From Trichosphaerium sp. ATCC 40318 (taxonomy: Eukaryota; Protista; Tubulinea), in assembly GCA_038496445.1 (NCBI GenBank), contig JALMLS010000322.1, positions 1-64,000 on the forward strand: a stretch of 64,000 nt of DNA, given 5' to 3'. A program made the translations under genes and the position numbers. Below are positions 22,789 through 36,046 of the stretch, in pieces. Positions within the stretch are counted from its first letter, which is position 1, and the number at the start of each line of letters is the position of its first letter. Below the pieces are notes generated by a model. It made no database searches. It was given only the letters and a program-made list of their open reading frames with translations, and had not been told where the DNA came from.

Positions 22789-24726
22789 TTATCTTCCAAA
22801 ACTGTCTCTTCCGCCACCTCTATTTGTTCGGCGGCCTCTTCCACGTCCGCGTAAGCCTGATCCTCGTTTACTACGACTTTTGTCCCGTCTTTCTTTTTCT
22901 TTTTCTTGCTTGGTTCTTTTCCGTGGTTTATCTTCACCTCTTGCTCTCTTCTTCATGCCCTCTCGTTTTCTCTTCTTTCTCAACTTCGTTGTACCAACAT
23001 ATCTCTTCTTTTCAAATGCGTGAATACCTTCATTTAATCTACCGTATGGGTTGTAGTCGGTTGGATTCACACTATAGTATTCGTTGAGGAACTCTAATGT
23101 CTCCTGTGAGAATTTCTCATAGCCGTCTCTTTTTGCTGACTCTTTCAATTCTTCTACATGTTCTTGGTATGATTTTCTTTGTTGTGGTGGTTTTTCCAAC
23201 TCCTGTACTTTCTTTGTAGAAGCACCACTCATGATTAGTTCGTATTGAGCTTGTCTACGTCTAATTTCTAGTCTGAACTGTTTCACAATACTTTTTAGTA
23301 ATTCCTTGTTATACTCTTCAGACCTACGATAAAATAAGGCTTGTACCACGTACTATATATGCTTCGTACGTTGCTTTGAGTTCTGTGGCAAATAAATCCG
23401 ACATTTCGCGATACAATTTAAGCAATTCAGACCAACATTCTGCCATTTCTTTCTTTTGACACTTTGGGTTACGAAAAAATTCTGAAGGGGATAGTTAATA
23501 TAGTGTCAAAGTATGCAATAGAGGTCTAAAGGTGAAACCTCGAATTTTGGGTACGTACTTAATGTGCCATCTATGAGCGGGTCAAATAATCTGTCGATAA
23601 CGCCGTTCACCTCAATCTAAAGCGAAATGTCAGATTGCAAAATTTTTTTGACACCTGTCATTGTTTCTAAAACCGTACCGCATCTGCAGACACAAATCGG
23701 AAAAACCATGGTTTCATAAGTACTACTACTGTTCCTACTGGAAGCTATATATTATAAGTAATAGGTTTCAATAAAAAAGGGCGCTAGTAAACCACTTACA
23801 GTAAAAATTGGACCATCAGCAATTTTTTCGATTTCCTCTAGCCAAATGCCTTCAATATGGTAAATTACAGTTCTGTGGCTCCTGTTTTAATGTGTTATTG
23901 AATAGGCTTCATAGTAAATTCAAGATAATATCGTTTTGTTACTTACTTGTGGACGTTAAACAAAGACATTTGCAACATGTCAATCCATTTTTGAGTTATT
24001 TCTGTGTCCCATTTTCGTTGTGCCAAATATTCAAAAGATGTCCTCAACACGTAACGCATGAGTGTCATGTATTTATCAGTTCTAGAAAACGAGTCAGATT
24101 TTTTTGAAATAAAAAAATAAGAATAATGTGCAACGTACCGGTGGACGTCCACTCTACAATATTGTCTACCAACTATCACACTATTAGCCAAGAAAAAAAA
24201 CCAACAGACTTTCAAAAGTGTCAACGAAAAAAATTCGTACCAGTATCCCAGAACGCTCTCTGAAACATAAAGCTCTTATTGTGGCCCTCCCAACAATGTA
24301 CGAGACTTGATATATGTCTTGCTAGCTCCTCTTGTACATGCCATTTGTCAGAATGCCAAAAACCTTAAAAATCGTTAGGATTTTACATTTCCGACAACAA
24401 CTTTCGGAAAAACTGGTTAAAAAATTCTTCAAAAATTAGCATCGTACAATAATGTAATCCAGAGTGTAATTTCATTAATTCCAGATGTTTTAACTCCTCA
24501 ACATGCGTTAAATATTCTTTTACAACCTCGAAACCTCTGTCGCGTATGGCCTTGTCTGTGCGGGTTGTTATACGCGTATACATTAAATATTAGACGTGCC
24601 TAGAGGATGTGCTAGGTATTTGGCGAGTAATACCTCAAATCTTAGCTCATTGCCTTGCAAATAGCCTCTGAGTTCAGTAGCACTCAGAAACTCGTCCACT
24701 TTTTGCTGTGCTTGCAAGGAGGTCAT
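22789..24726 (-). CDS. RRP1: Ribosomal RNA processing protein 1 / Nop52 family
   Basis: LAKYLAHP...KAIRDRG, LMKLHSGLHYC/FWHSDKWHVQEELA, RTDKYMTLMRYVL; basic RGG-rich C-terminal exon 22789-23349. Confidence 0.8.
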
Positions 24727-24958
24727 TTTTGAACGAAAACTGAGCAAAAACCAAAATGTCGCGTTGACTGTAAACAGACTTTGGTGTTTTTGTATTAAAG
24801 GATTACTCTCTGAACACCAAACAAAGGTACGGAACCATATCCGCTCGTTATTGTAGGTTACGCTGTGCCACAGTATCAAATATTGATTCGTGACACTCTA
24901 ACGCTCTGTTTTTCTTGAAAACTAACCGGTATTGTTGTCAGGTCAGCGGGTCAATAGC

Positions 24959-27900
24959 ATGGGTAACTCTATTCTCCGTGATTACACTGTAGAATCTAAA
25001 AACGTAGCCAGTGGTGGTCCAGGGTTAATTTGGTAAGTGCAGTACGTAAGAGCCTATTTGACAGGGTTGTAGGAAAATTTATGATGGCAAAAGTAAAAAA
25101 ACCAAGAAACAAGTGTCACTTTGGGTACTTTCGCTTACGTTTTCGCGAATTTAACTAAAGGCGGTTTTTTTAGGTTCTTGAAAAAAAGGAAGGTCTCGAA
25201 AAGAAACATGGGAGAAGCGCCACAAACAAAATCAGTGACATGTTAAAGAAGGGGGTGCGTGAATCCTTGTAAAAATTACAGGCGCCTTTTGGATGAGCAA
25301 CAGAAAAAGGAAAAATCCATTTAATTATTGTTTTGTGAAAATAATTTGTTTGTTTTATTGTTTTCCTTTAAGGTCGTGTGTAACGTTTTGACAGGTTATG
25401 CAAATGGCTAAACTACGTCATCCCCGCATCATTCAAGTTGCTAGAGCTCCTTCAGATGATAGAAATGCTCTCGTTGTAGAAACTGAACCAATCTTTGCAT
25501 CGTTGGCCAACATCCTGAGGAATTACAACAATATTGATTCTGTCCCAACAGCACTTCAAAATTTCGAGTTCGAGGAGTTAGAAATCAAACTGGGGATACT
25601 ACAATTATGCGAAGGATTAAGATTCCTACACGAAGAATGTAAAATGATACACTTGAATCTTACACCTGAGAACATTTACCTTACAAAAGAAGTAAGATAC
25701 TCACGTTCTTCTCAACGTTTTTTTTTGTTGTTGTGGTGGAGCATTACTTATTGCTTTATTTAGATGCAATGGAAGATTGGAGGCTTTGACTTTGCCAACA
25801 TAGTAGGATACGAAGACAGGCAAGATTTTAAATTCAAAGAACACAATGCTATGAAAGTTCACGAAGCGCTTTTAAAGCCTTGTTTGGATTTTCTAGGTAC
25901 AACAATTCTAACAATCACATGACCAATCACTGACTTTTTTTTGAAATAGCGCCAGAAACTGTATTTTTACAAACCTTCAATTTCGCCGCGGATAGGTATG
26001 TATTATTGTAGGTTAACTATTCGTAAAGGACCGTTATAGGTTTGCACTTGGTTGTCTTTGTTGGGAAATCTTTTCAAAGGCGCGATTGATGACATGCACC
26101 AACAATGTCCTCACATATAAACAAAAAGTCGAAACCATGTTCCCTATTGACTGTGCCCATATTCCTGCTCCATTTAGAGGTATGTAAAGAATCAGTAATT
26201 ACAAACATAAACACTGTACTTAACCATTAAACTTTAGATACACTGGAAGCACTACTTACAGCAAATCCAGCTGATCGCTTAGAACTACACAGTCTAATTA
26301 AAAGCGAGTATTTTAACGATGTGGCGATTCGGACATTGAGTTACCTTGATCACATGCTAGAAAAGGAAGATTCTGACAAGGCCTCATTTTGTAAGGGTCT
26401 ATATACAACGATATCACAATTCAGTCCCAAGCTCCTTAAAACGAAGGTTTGTACAGTTTGTTTGCTTATCAATTTAACTTACCTTTGTATTTTAGATACT
26501 TCCTCCGCTTCTCCAACAACTGTCTGTAACTATTATACTACCATTTCTTCTTCCGAATATTTTCGCAATTGCTGTTAAACTTGATAAATATTGTATGCAA
26601 GAGACAATCTTTCCAGCGTTGATACCTGTACTTAAAGTAACAGATCCTTATCAAGTAACTTTACTCTTGGTACGATTCCATAACTACCACCCACATTTAT
26701 TAACTCTTCAATTAGCTCAAAAACATTGCCTTGCTGATATCAACATGTACAAAAGAACAGATAGAGAACCGTATCCTTCAACATTTAGCTTTCTTTCTTC
26801 TGTTTTTTTTTGCTTTGTGTTAGGTTTCCTTAATTCTTGAAGACATACTCCACATGGTTTATGCCTCGTTTGATCACGAAAACGATCAAGTCAAACTTGC
26901 TGTGCTCAAGGTATATGTTAATTTAAGCTTTCCGTCCTAACTCAAGTTTAGGTGCTACCAACGATTGCTCCACTGCTGGATTATGAGAAACTACGTTCTC
27001 CTATTATTCCAAGTATTTCTTCCATTTGTTTACAAACACAAAACTCAGCTGTCCGTGCATCTGCATTGTTTTGTTTCAACAATTTGGCACCACATTTCAA
27101 TAGACCAATGATTGAAGACCATATCTATCCAGCGGTTCGTTCACAAACCCAGTTGTATCTTTTTTCTGAACACTTTTACTAGCTCGTAGAAACTCTTCGC
27201 CAAGATAGAGCACCCTCAGTTGTTGTACGTAACCTCACACCTTACTAGCTCGCTTTACTAAAACATACAACAGATTGCTGTTGTAGGCGTATGTGATGCC
27301 ATAACAAAGCAAATTGGAGAAGGTGGTGACTTTTGTGCCCGTAAAATCCTTCCTCTCATCATACAGTTCGCTGTTTACCCTCAACTAACCAAGCAGCAAG
27401 TGCGTCTTATAATTGTATCAAATCCTGAGTGTCACTAATTAGTTTGTTCTTTAGTTTAATACATTTATGGCCATTGTTCGTGGGATGCTAGATAGGATAG
27501 AAACTGAAAGAAATACTGCGTTTGCACGTAACGCTAAGATAGAACAAACAAAGCAAGCCACTAATCTACGTACGGTTCTTACTCACTATAAACAAACAAT
27601 AATATCTGTTTAGCGGAGCATGCTGAATTCACAAAGTTCTCAACACTTGTATCTGATGGATACAATGAAAATGCGAACAAGCTAGCCAAACCATCCCAAG
27701 TTGCCCAAAAACCAACTCCAACTCCAAGTTTACCAGCACCAACTCCAGAAAAGGTATTCTTGCTAGCTACGAGAACTACATAGTACTAACCCATTATTAG
27801 AATGCGTCTTACAACGAACTACTAGAGCGTGAGAAGGAAATGCGACAACGTGCACAGACGCAACGTAATGAGTCTACTATTGTTAACTTCTCAACACCTA

Positions 27901-28800
27901 CAGTAACAAAGAAACCAGAAAATAAGCCTGCAGTACGAACCAAAGATTTATCTACCTCATTTGATTTCAGAATATTTACAAAGACATCTAGGAGCCATCA
28001 TTATTTGATGCAATGAGCATGCCTTCGTCATCCTCACCAACTCCTTCCCGTCCACATAGCCAATCCTCAGGCGCTACAGTCTCGAAAGCAAACAGTCACA
28101 TGCATAAGCTCCCTCCTCCTGCTAGTAAATCCAAGTATGTTTGTTCTCTTTATCTTAATCTCATTTTCTGCAAAGCAGCTTTGGTAGCTTTGCTCCACCT
28201 CCAAGCAGTACTGTGGCCCCAAAAAAAGATCTAAATCTTTTCAATGGTATCAACAATACTCCAATCACGTACTTGCTATACTTTCAGTGACATGTTGTAA
28301 CTAGTTTTAGGCCAAGTCAAGGCAAACCTCCTATTAATCAGAATTCGTTGTTTGATATTAAAATGTCTGGCTCTGGCTCCGGTTCAGAATCTTTGTTTGG
28401 CTCATCAAACGCCCCTTTGATGCCTTCCAATCAACCAAACAGATCTGCATCCCAGACACCGTTATTCCCAAGCAAAACATCTTCCGTACAACCAACCTTT
28501 GGTGACTTTGCTGATTTTTCAACGGCTCCACCAACTACGCAACCAAAACGTGGTGGTTATGCTACCCTCGGATCAAGTTCATCCAGTGCCCCTCTACAAC
28601 CTCTACAACCAACCCAATCCGTAGATAACTTTGGCAATAGCCAACCTGCATGGGATCCAAATTTTGGTAGCTTGCAACCTCAACAATCACAACCACCTCT
28701 GCAACCTCAACGGTCATTGTTTGATCTACCAACACAACCAACACAACAACGCCGCCCTAGTAATGGAACAAGCAGTGGACAGAGCTTGTTAGATTTTTAA
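24959..28800 (+). CDS. SCY1-like pseudokinase with HEAT repeats (SCYL2-like)
   Basis: MGN start, ASGGPGLIWKIYDG, LRHPRII, TEPIFASLANIL, GLRFLHEECKMIHLNLTPENIY, WKIGGFDF, HEAT region, low-complexity tail ending SLLDF*. Confidence 0.9.
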
Positions 28801-28927
28801 GATAGACCATAAAATAAATGTATTTTTATCATGCAAAAGGAACCAGGTTTACCTCCAAAGCTTCAAGTATCACAGTCTCTCCACCTCCATTCACTCGCAA
28901 AAAACAGTTAAGAGAACTTCACATTTA

Positions 28928-29287
28928 TTACACCACATGTTTCTGCTCCTGTTGTTCTTCCTCACATGTACAAGCTTGGATTGTGTATTCCTCTTCACAA
29001 ACAACATAGTATTGGGGTGTAACGCCTTTTGAACGCACGATCATTACTCTCCTACACGGAGGCATCAAATCTTGCTTCATGTACTCCGTTATTTCGGCTG
29101 GGGCAAACCATTTAGCATCTGTTTTGTTAATAGTGTGTAATTTGTTCTCAGCATCTTCGTCGTACACCAAAGCACTTATTACCCTGTCTGATATTAGTTT
29201 CAAGCCTTCTTCAAGAATTTCTGTTGGAATCTTGTTGAACGCTCTATCGTATGCTTCTTCTAGCTGTTGTTCTTCGTTGTCTCCCAT
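28928..29287 (-). CDS. Small protein with degenerate SWIM-type zinc-finger-like motif
   Basis: VRSKGVTPQYYVV...ACTCE...QKHVV resembles SWIM CxC..CxH with the third Cys missing. The C-terminus may continue in a further exon. Confidence 0.4.
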   Translation of the reverse strand: MGDNEEQQLEEAYDRAFNKIPTEILEEGLKLISDRVISALVYDEDAENKLHTINKTDAKWFAPAEITEYMKQDLMPPCRRVMIVRSKGVTPQYYVVCEEEYTIQACTCEEEQQEQKHVV

Positions 29288-29630
29288 TTGCAGTTTAACT
29301 GAAAATGCCAAAGAGGCATACTTAAATGAATACCGGTATTGTTGGCTAAATACGACCAAAAAGGAAGTTAACTAATCATTGGCGTGTAAGGTTCTTCTAG
29401 TACTACAATTTTGGGAAGTGATTTATAACAGGTGGCAACATTTAGCTGGATTTTTATTAGATCGCAACATTCAGGGTATTCTTCTGGTTTTGATATCTCT
29501 GAGTGTACGCTTTTGCACCTTAGATCATCGCAGAGCAAATTATCCAACGCATGATGTCGAACAAACAGCTACTGTAAACTCTCAACGTCACGGAAAAAAT
29601 TAGCTATCTCAGTACAAAAACTATGGTTAT

Positions 29631-31532
29631 TTAATGATTTAACAACATGACATGCACAAGAGCAACAATTAAGGCTACAAATACCCATTCGTATGATATT
29701 GCATTACTGCTTTGATTGACTTGAAGACCACAAGCCGCAGACATTGGATAAACTAGCGGTTTTGTCCTTTCTTCTTCTGGAGCAACAATTTCGATTATGC
29801 CATTAATGATTTGTGTTGTCACCACTACATACGTTCTTAATTATGCGTAATCATTGTATATGCAATACGTACTAGGTTTTAGTATGTTTCTACCATTACT
29901 ATTGAATGCTATAGGCCCGTAAAAAGTGGTGATGTTAAGAGCTTTCATTGATGTGCTCAAACTTGCTTGAGAAAAATCGGTCGCTGCTGAGATACCTGGT
30001 ACATACTTAAATCAAAGCTACACATATTTAAAACCACTATTAAGTATACCTTCTGATAAGGCAATTCCAGCTGCAGCTGCAGAAGCCGATATAAATGAAG
30101 GGTCATCGTTGAATTCCTCTTTGTATTCTTTAACAAATTCAGCTGAATTTGCAAAGAAAATGCCAGCATCTAGGAAAGTAACTAAGTATGTCCATACGAT
30201 ATTATTTGTTTCAATATCTCACAGTCAACTTCTGGATGCCACTGAGCTGTTCCTATTGCAATGTGAGCGCTTTATATAACTGCTGAGAAACAATACCACA
30301 AATGCAATTTGCCAGAACACCCAAGTCCGAAACAAATTCATGATTACTCGCTGCAGAAGTCATCCATACTGCCTTTGGCCTAAAAATAGGAGCTTCATTA
30401 ATAGCTAAATATAGGACTAAGCTTACGAGTATTCTAAAGCTGCCAAGGCCTTTGCAGCGTCCTCACCATCAGCAAATAACCCGACACTGAAAAGAATATC
30501 TGGATTCAATCTACACATGTATTAAGCTCTCAGTCACACTAATGATAGGTACTCTTTTGCTTTTTTAATGAGTTCAGGAATCTGAGCCTCTGCTTCAGGA
30601 GGAGTATAGCTATCGACAGTTCCCAATATCTGCATATTATTAGCTGTCAACCAGTTTTGAGTTCCTTGATCTATAAATAATACAATTAAAGAACAATAAG
30701 CTTACCAGTAGCAACACTCTGAGTGAAACCAACAGTAGAATGATATATGGACGCATGACGTGCACCTATTAGAAAACAACCATATCAGAAAAACATTTTA
30801 TTCAAACTCAAAAAGTTAAAAAAACAACATTTCCTCACCATTGGCTTGTGCTACTTTAACAAAAGATTCCGAGTAATGCTGTGTTGTAGTTACAACACCA
30901 AATATATCAGCGAACCTGTTATTGTACAAACTTTCCGTTGCTAACACATGTCAGTAACGAAAGTTCTGAACAAAAGGAAAAAAGTGACTTTACCCGCATT
31001 TGAAATGACAAGCACGTGATTCAGCGTTGAGGTTTCAGCAGCTACAGCCTTACAAACTATAAGTAACGTTCGTTAAAGATTATCTTCCCACCTCGTTGAT
31101 AGAGGTCGCATAAGGCCCCAATAGAAAATCTGTAGCGTTGGACATGATGAACGCTTTGTACTGTTCTGCAGCAAAAGTTGCGTTACTGGCATCATCAATA
31201 CCAATTAAGTTGATTTCATAGTTTCCATTCGCCGTTTTAATACCACCCCCTTCGTTTGCCTAACTTTTGGTAACGTTTTGTTTTGTTTGGAAATGTCAAG
31301 ATGTACCTGTTTCGCCCAAAGTTCATATCCTTGCTTCATTTGATTGCCTATACGTGTGAGGTCTAGTTTAATACAATAGTGAACCTTCTAAAGCTAATCC
31401 GCCAGTACCCGCGTACGTAAACGCTATACGCACGCATTTAGCACCTGTAGAACATGTTGTAATATCCACAGCTGAAATCACGCTTAGTAAACAGAGCAAC
31501 AGTGTCAAATGTAACAAAGTAGCTTGTAGCAT
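29631..31532 (-). CDS. Type I periplasmic-binding-protein (LivJ/LivK, Venus-flytrap) fold protein with signal peptide and hydrophobic C-terminus
   Basis: Signal peptide MLQATLLHLTLLLCLL; GNQMKQGYELWAKQ/ANEGGGIK...IDDASNA...DFLLGPYAT; about 14 short introns; terminal hydrophobic stretch WVFVALIVALVHVMLLNH*. Confidence 0.8.
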
Positions 31533-31865
31533 TTCCTAATGCGTTTTAGAACAATAAAAGAATGAAAAAAGGCGACCACATGACATTTGGAATAAAGACT
31601 ACCTTTCAAAAGGTAATTCGTCATTGTGAACAAAATGTACAAATGATTCCCTATAAATACCACAAACAAGCTAAAAAAAGCATATAAACTACAGCATGAT
31701 GATTTATACTGAAATGTATCCAGTTTTCTATTAGTTACACTCGTTTTTATAGGGTTTTTTCAAAGCACAAAAGTTTTTTTTGTGTTTTGTTGTTTTTTGG
31801 CTGTTGGTTTTTTTTCTAGCCTATTGTACAAAGGGGGTTTTTTTATCTATATATTGGTAAATTAA

Positions 31866-33863
31866 TCATAGTCTGTACTTCTCAACTGAAGGTTCAAGGT
31901 CAAACGCCAAAGAACGCGATAACGAGTTAACACGCGCAGATTTCGGCGCAATTGACATGCTGTTTGCCACTCTGCAATCAGCGAGTTTAAAACTGAGAGA
32001 CGAAGTAGACCTGCTAAGAGGCTTTCGATTTGGCATATTTTCCGAGTCATCAACATCGAAATTAAAATCGTTTTTATTAAGGCCCTTAGGGAAGTAGCCT
32101 GAGAAAGACTTTGCTCTACGAAGAAAAGTAAGCGTCACAGTCACAAGTACAAAGGTACAAGACCTTAAAACAACAGCAAACGGAAAAAAAAAAGTTTTGC
32201 GGAATTTCAGCTTTTTTCTGTAATTAGAGGGCTTTAGAAGGAATGTAGTGAAACACATTCCATCTAAGGATAGGGCGCGCGCAATTTTGCATTGAAAATG
32301 AAATTCTTGGTTGCGTTTTTAGCGTTTTTTTTTCTATTCTTGAATTCCCTTCAAATTGATTTTTCCTTTTTGTCCGACGAAACTACGTAGTAACCGGACT
32401 ATATAAAAGTGTTTCGTACCTATCTTTAACTTGCCATTTACGTTTTGATTTTTGAGTGTAATGACTTTTACATTGTTCACTAAATCGTTTATCTTTCATC
32501 TCAATATATTCTCCGTCGCATTGAGCCTTAATTTTAGTGAGTAAAACCCGAGTTTTACGCAAGTAATTATAAAAGAATAAAATTGCAATTTCAAACTCGT
32601 AGCGTACTCTATAATGCGCAAAAAACTGTCGGAAACCACCCTCGAGTAGATACAGGTCATTATAATGCAAGTTAGGGTAATCATCAAAGTGCGCAGCTCT
32701 GTCCAGTTTTCGCAAATAACGCCAGCTAGGATAGGTATAAGTGTATTGAAGCGATTAAAGTAGGGCAATAAAGCCGTAATTCGTAATAATCGGCAAAAAA
32801 GTGAACATTCAATTTCGTATTTTAGTAAAACCAAAAATGTATTTTTGTTTTTTCGCATTTAAATCGACCCGATAGTTGGAAATTTTAGCGTACCCTTCTG
32901 GCCCACGCTTAGAGGAGAATTCACAGTGGAAAATTATTGCAATACGTTTATCAGTCTTAGGATTCTCTATGAACATATCGTAAAGGTCCTCAGGATTACA
33001 AATATTCAAGGCATTCTTGATATGACCACCCTGATACTCGTATGGGTACCGACTATCAACAATATAAAATTCATCAAAATCAGAAGCGTATACACCGTTC
33101 ATAAGGTCAACGAGCTAAAGAAAAGGACAATTAGACACGATAAACGTTATTGGGTTCAAGAAATCTAAAACGAGAAAGTGCAACAAAAAAAAAAAGAAAG
33201 GGCAAAAAAAAAGTCTGCATGCGGATTTACGACAACGCGAATGTGAATAAAATGTTGAAGAAAACAACTGTTTCAACCGTGCAACCGTGTTTAGAAATTA
33301 ATTAACGTGAAGTTACCAAATTAAAAAAAGAGAAATGGGTTTCTTTTACGTACAGTATCGCCCCCGATACAATTGAGATCCGGGTGAGATCCTATGATAC
33401 AGGGCAGGCTACAGCCTTTCTTCTTGTGGCGTTCAGCTCGCCACTGGCTTAGGAGAGGACCAACTTCTTTAGAAGGCGGTGAATTACACTGTATATTAGG
33501 TATTGGTATCACAGCCTTCATTCTGGGGCTTCTGCGCGGTAATGTCTCTGGAAATGGCAACGCAGAGAGAGAACGGGACAACCGGCTCCTTGGCGTTTTG
33601 TATGGGCTCTTGTGGCGCAGTCCAGTGCTATTTATGAGGCCTTGAAGCCGTAGAGGAGGGATCCCTCGCATTGTTGCTCTTTCAGGAACAGTAGGTAGTT
33701 TACCGTTGGTTACCTGGCAAGAAGAAGCGAACCCGTGCACTAGGTTTGATACAGGAGAAGCAGAGCCGTTTGTAGTTATATTTTTCTTTAACCATTGCAC
33801 ATTTGTGGTAGCGTCTACCTCGCTCATGTCACAGTCCATGTCTACAGAAGCTGACAAATCCAT
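31866..33863 (-). CDS. CDC25: Cdc25 M-phase inducer phosphatase (rhodanese fold)
   Basis: IVDSRYPYEYQGGHIKNALN, catalytic IFHCEFSSKRGP, LRKLDR...YPNLHYNDLYLLEGGFRQFF, YIEM; N-terminal SP/TP-rich regulatory region. Confidence 0.95.
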
Positions 33864-34230
33864 AAGCTCCAATTTTTGTTTGTTGAGGAGCTAGTGCATA
33901 CTTGTTTGAAAAACTCAGATAATTTAAAAACTTTATTTACTTTTTTTTTTCAATTTCACATATTCCCGCCCGTTTTTTTTTTTCAAAAAAAACTCCTTAC
34001 ACTTTTTACCCTCTTATCTTACTCCGTTATATTACACTATGATGTTGGTTTAATTTTATAATGTCGCCATTCTTTGTGATTATCCTAAAAACTCAAGGTC
34101 GTTAGGGTACTTTTTGTATTTTGGTAACTTACGAAAATCTCACTAACCTCTCTACCATTCCTTTACCCTCCATTATTTGTAGAATAAATTTAACGCCCAG
34201 AGGACAACGTATTTTTTTTGATTCCAAAAT

Positions 34231-35837
34231 CTACAACAATTGGGTAGTTTTGGGTACAACATAGCTAATGCGTTGTAACGTACTGTTAACGGTAATTCTT
34301 TGGCCAACTAAGCCTCGGTTAGTACGCGTACGGGGAAATTTTGTATAATAAATAATAGTACCGTAGCTGAAGACTTCTCCAGTAGCTTTACAATCTGACC
34401 TTGCCCTTTTTCGCACATAGAGCAAAACCGACCAGCGCCGGGTATAGCGAAAAAATAGGAGTGAATATTCTTCCGCACTAATACGCCACAACTCACCAAT
34501 AGGCTGAATAACAGGACGTTAAACAAAAAGAAAAAAAACGCAAAAAAAAAAAAATTTAAATATCCATAACCGGATCACATTTCTCGATCCAACTTATGGC
34601 GGGAACAAACCATTGAGAGCTTTAAATACATCAATGAGCACGTACGCGAGTTGTTCATCAGAAATATCGCCGCAGAGGTTAAAAAGTCTTTCTTTGGATA
34701 TGCTCACGTCGCGATGTCCATCAAGCACAGTGTCTATAAAGCGATCTAATTGCAAAAAAAAGAATGAGTCCACACAAAGTAACTGTTCCGAAAACAACCA
34801 ACTAATCGAAAACGTATTAAACGTTGCCTTTAGCGTCCGTTGCACTAGCGAGTATTTGATCTCTTTTTAGTTTTTTGCTTACCTAATATTTCGGTCCCTT
34901 TTCGTTTTTGCTCGGTGAGGAGTGTCTGCTTTGTCCTGATGAGTGCAATGTAGTCTTCTGCCAACATAACGAGCTGTTCGTTTTTGGACGATAGGTTTTC
35001 GAATAGCCTAACCTTTCCCTCAGCCTCAAGCATGCTCTAACGTAAAAAAGTTAGTCAGTTAACGAAGAAATTTCCATTTTAAAGGTAACGATCTTTTTCA
35101 GTCCAAAATAGCAACGATGAAATCGGAAGCACGCGAGTGGGAACCTGTATTTTTTTTCTTGTTTGGTTGAGACGTAAAAGGGTAAAACAATTTTTTCGCC
35201 GTTACTTACGCGGTAATCGTATCATGCGATACGCCGCGTATAGTACGTGTATTGTTGCGTATGTTTTACGTTACGTTGTTTTTATTTCTCAAAAATACTT
35301 TGCGCGTAATAAGTGCTTTATTGCGTACCAATTCCCTCGATAAGATGGTCTTGTTTGGAACATAGCGACGTAATGAAGCCTAAATGATTTTCAGGTTAGA
35401 TACTACATAAAAGGGTGTTATGACGCAAAAGTGACGCGTAAAAGGCCATTTTGATTGGGTTTTATGATGGAATTGGTCGTGGTAGCAGGCGAATTGCTAC
35501 TTCATCTCTTACGCATTAAAACGGAGTACAAGCGTACCTCATCAACAATTGGTGCCGTTTTAATTTGTAATTGGCAAAAATCACGTTTTACAGCCAGTAT
35601 TGCAATATATGCATCCAACAGTGAGGTGTCTGAATATTTTAGAGCTGTCGAGTAATTAATTTACCAAGAACCACTGTTTCCGTGTTTACCACGTTATCTG
35701 TCTTTCTTCGCTTTGTTTTAAACACATCCGGAATTTTAGGGCCTAATGTTGAATATTGTTTTGTTTGGTTTGCTATTAGGCGTACCTGAACCTAAAGATC
35801 TCTTTCTTCTCAATATTTCGTGCCTTCTAGAAGACAT
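34231..35837 (-). CDS. STK19: STK19-like tandem winged-helix protein
   Basis: LEAEGKVRLF...LVMLAEDY and LLVSCGVLVRKNIHSYFFAIPGAGRF...KG match the STK19 pattern (LVNAGVL...W.LAVPGAGRF). Start MSSRRHEILRRKR; 3' end approximate. Confidence 0.7.
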
Positions 35838-36046
35838 TTATGGTGTTTGTTAGTTTTTGGACCAAGTTATTCGCATTCTTGCACACTGTTGACTTAAGCA
35901 TTTTCAATGAAATCAATTTGAGTTTTACGCTTCCAAGCACAGTGTATTTATTAATGTTATATTGTAGGACGTTTTTGATCAATTTAATCACAAAATTTGG
36001 TGCAGCCCTAATCACGTGCGTTGCACAACAAATTTGTGATAACCAG

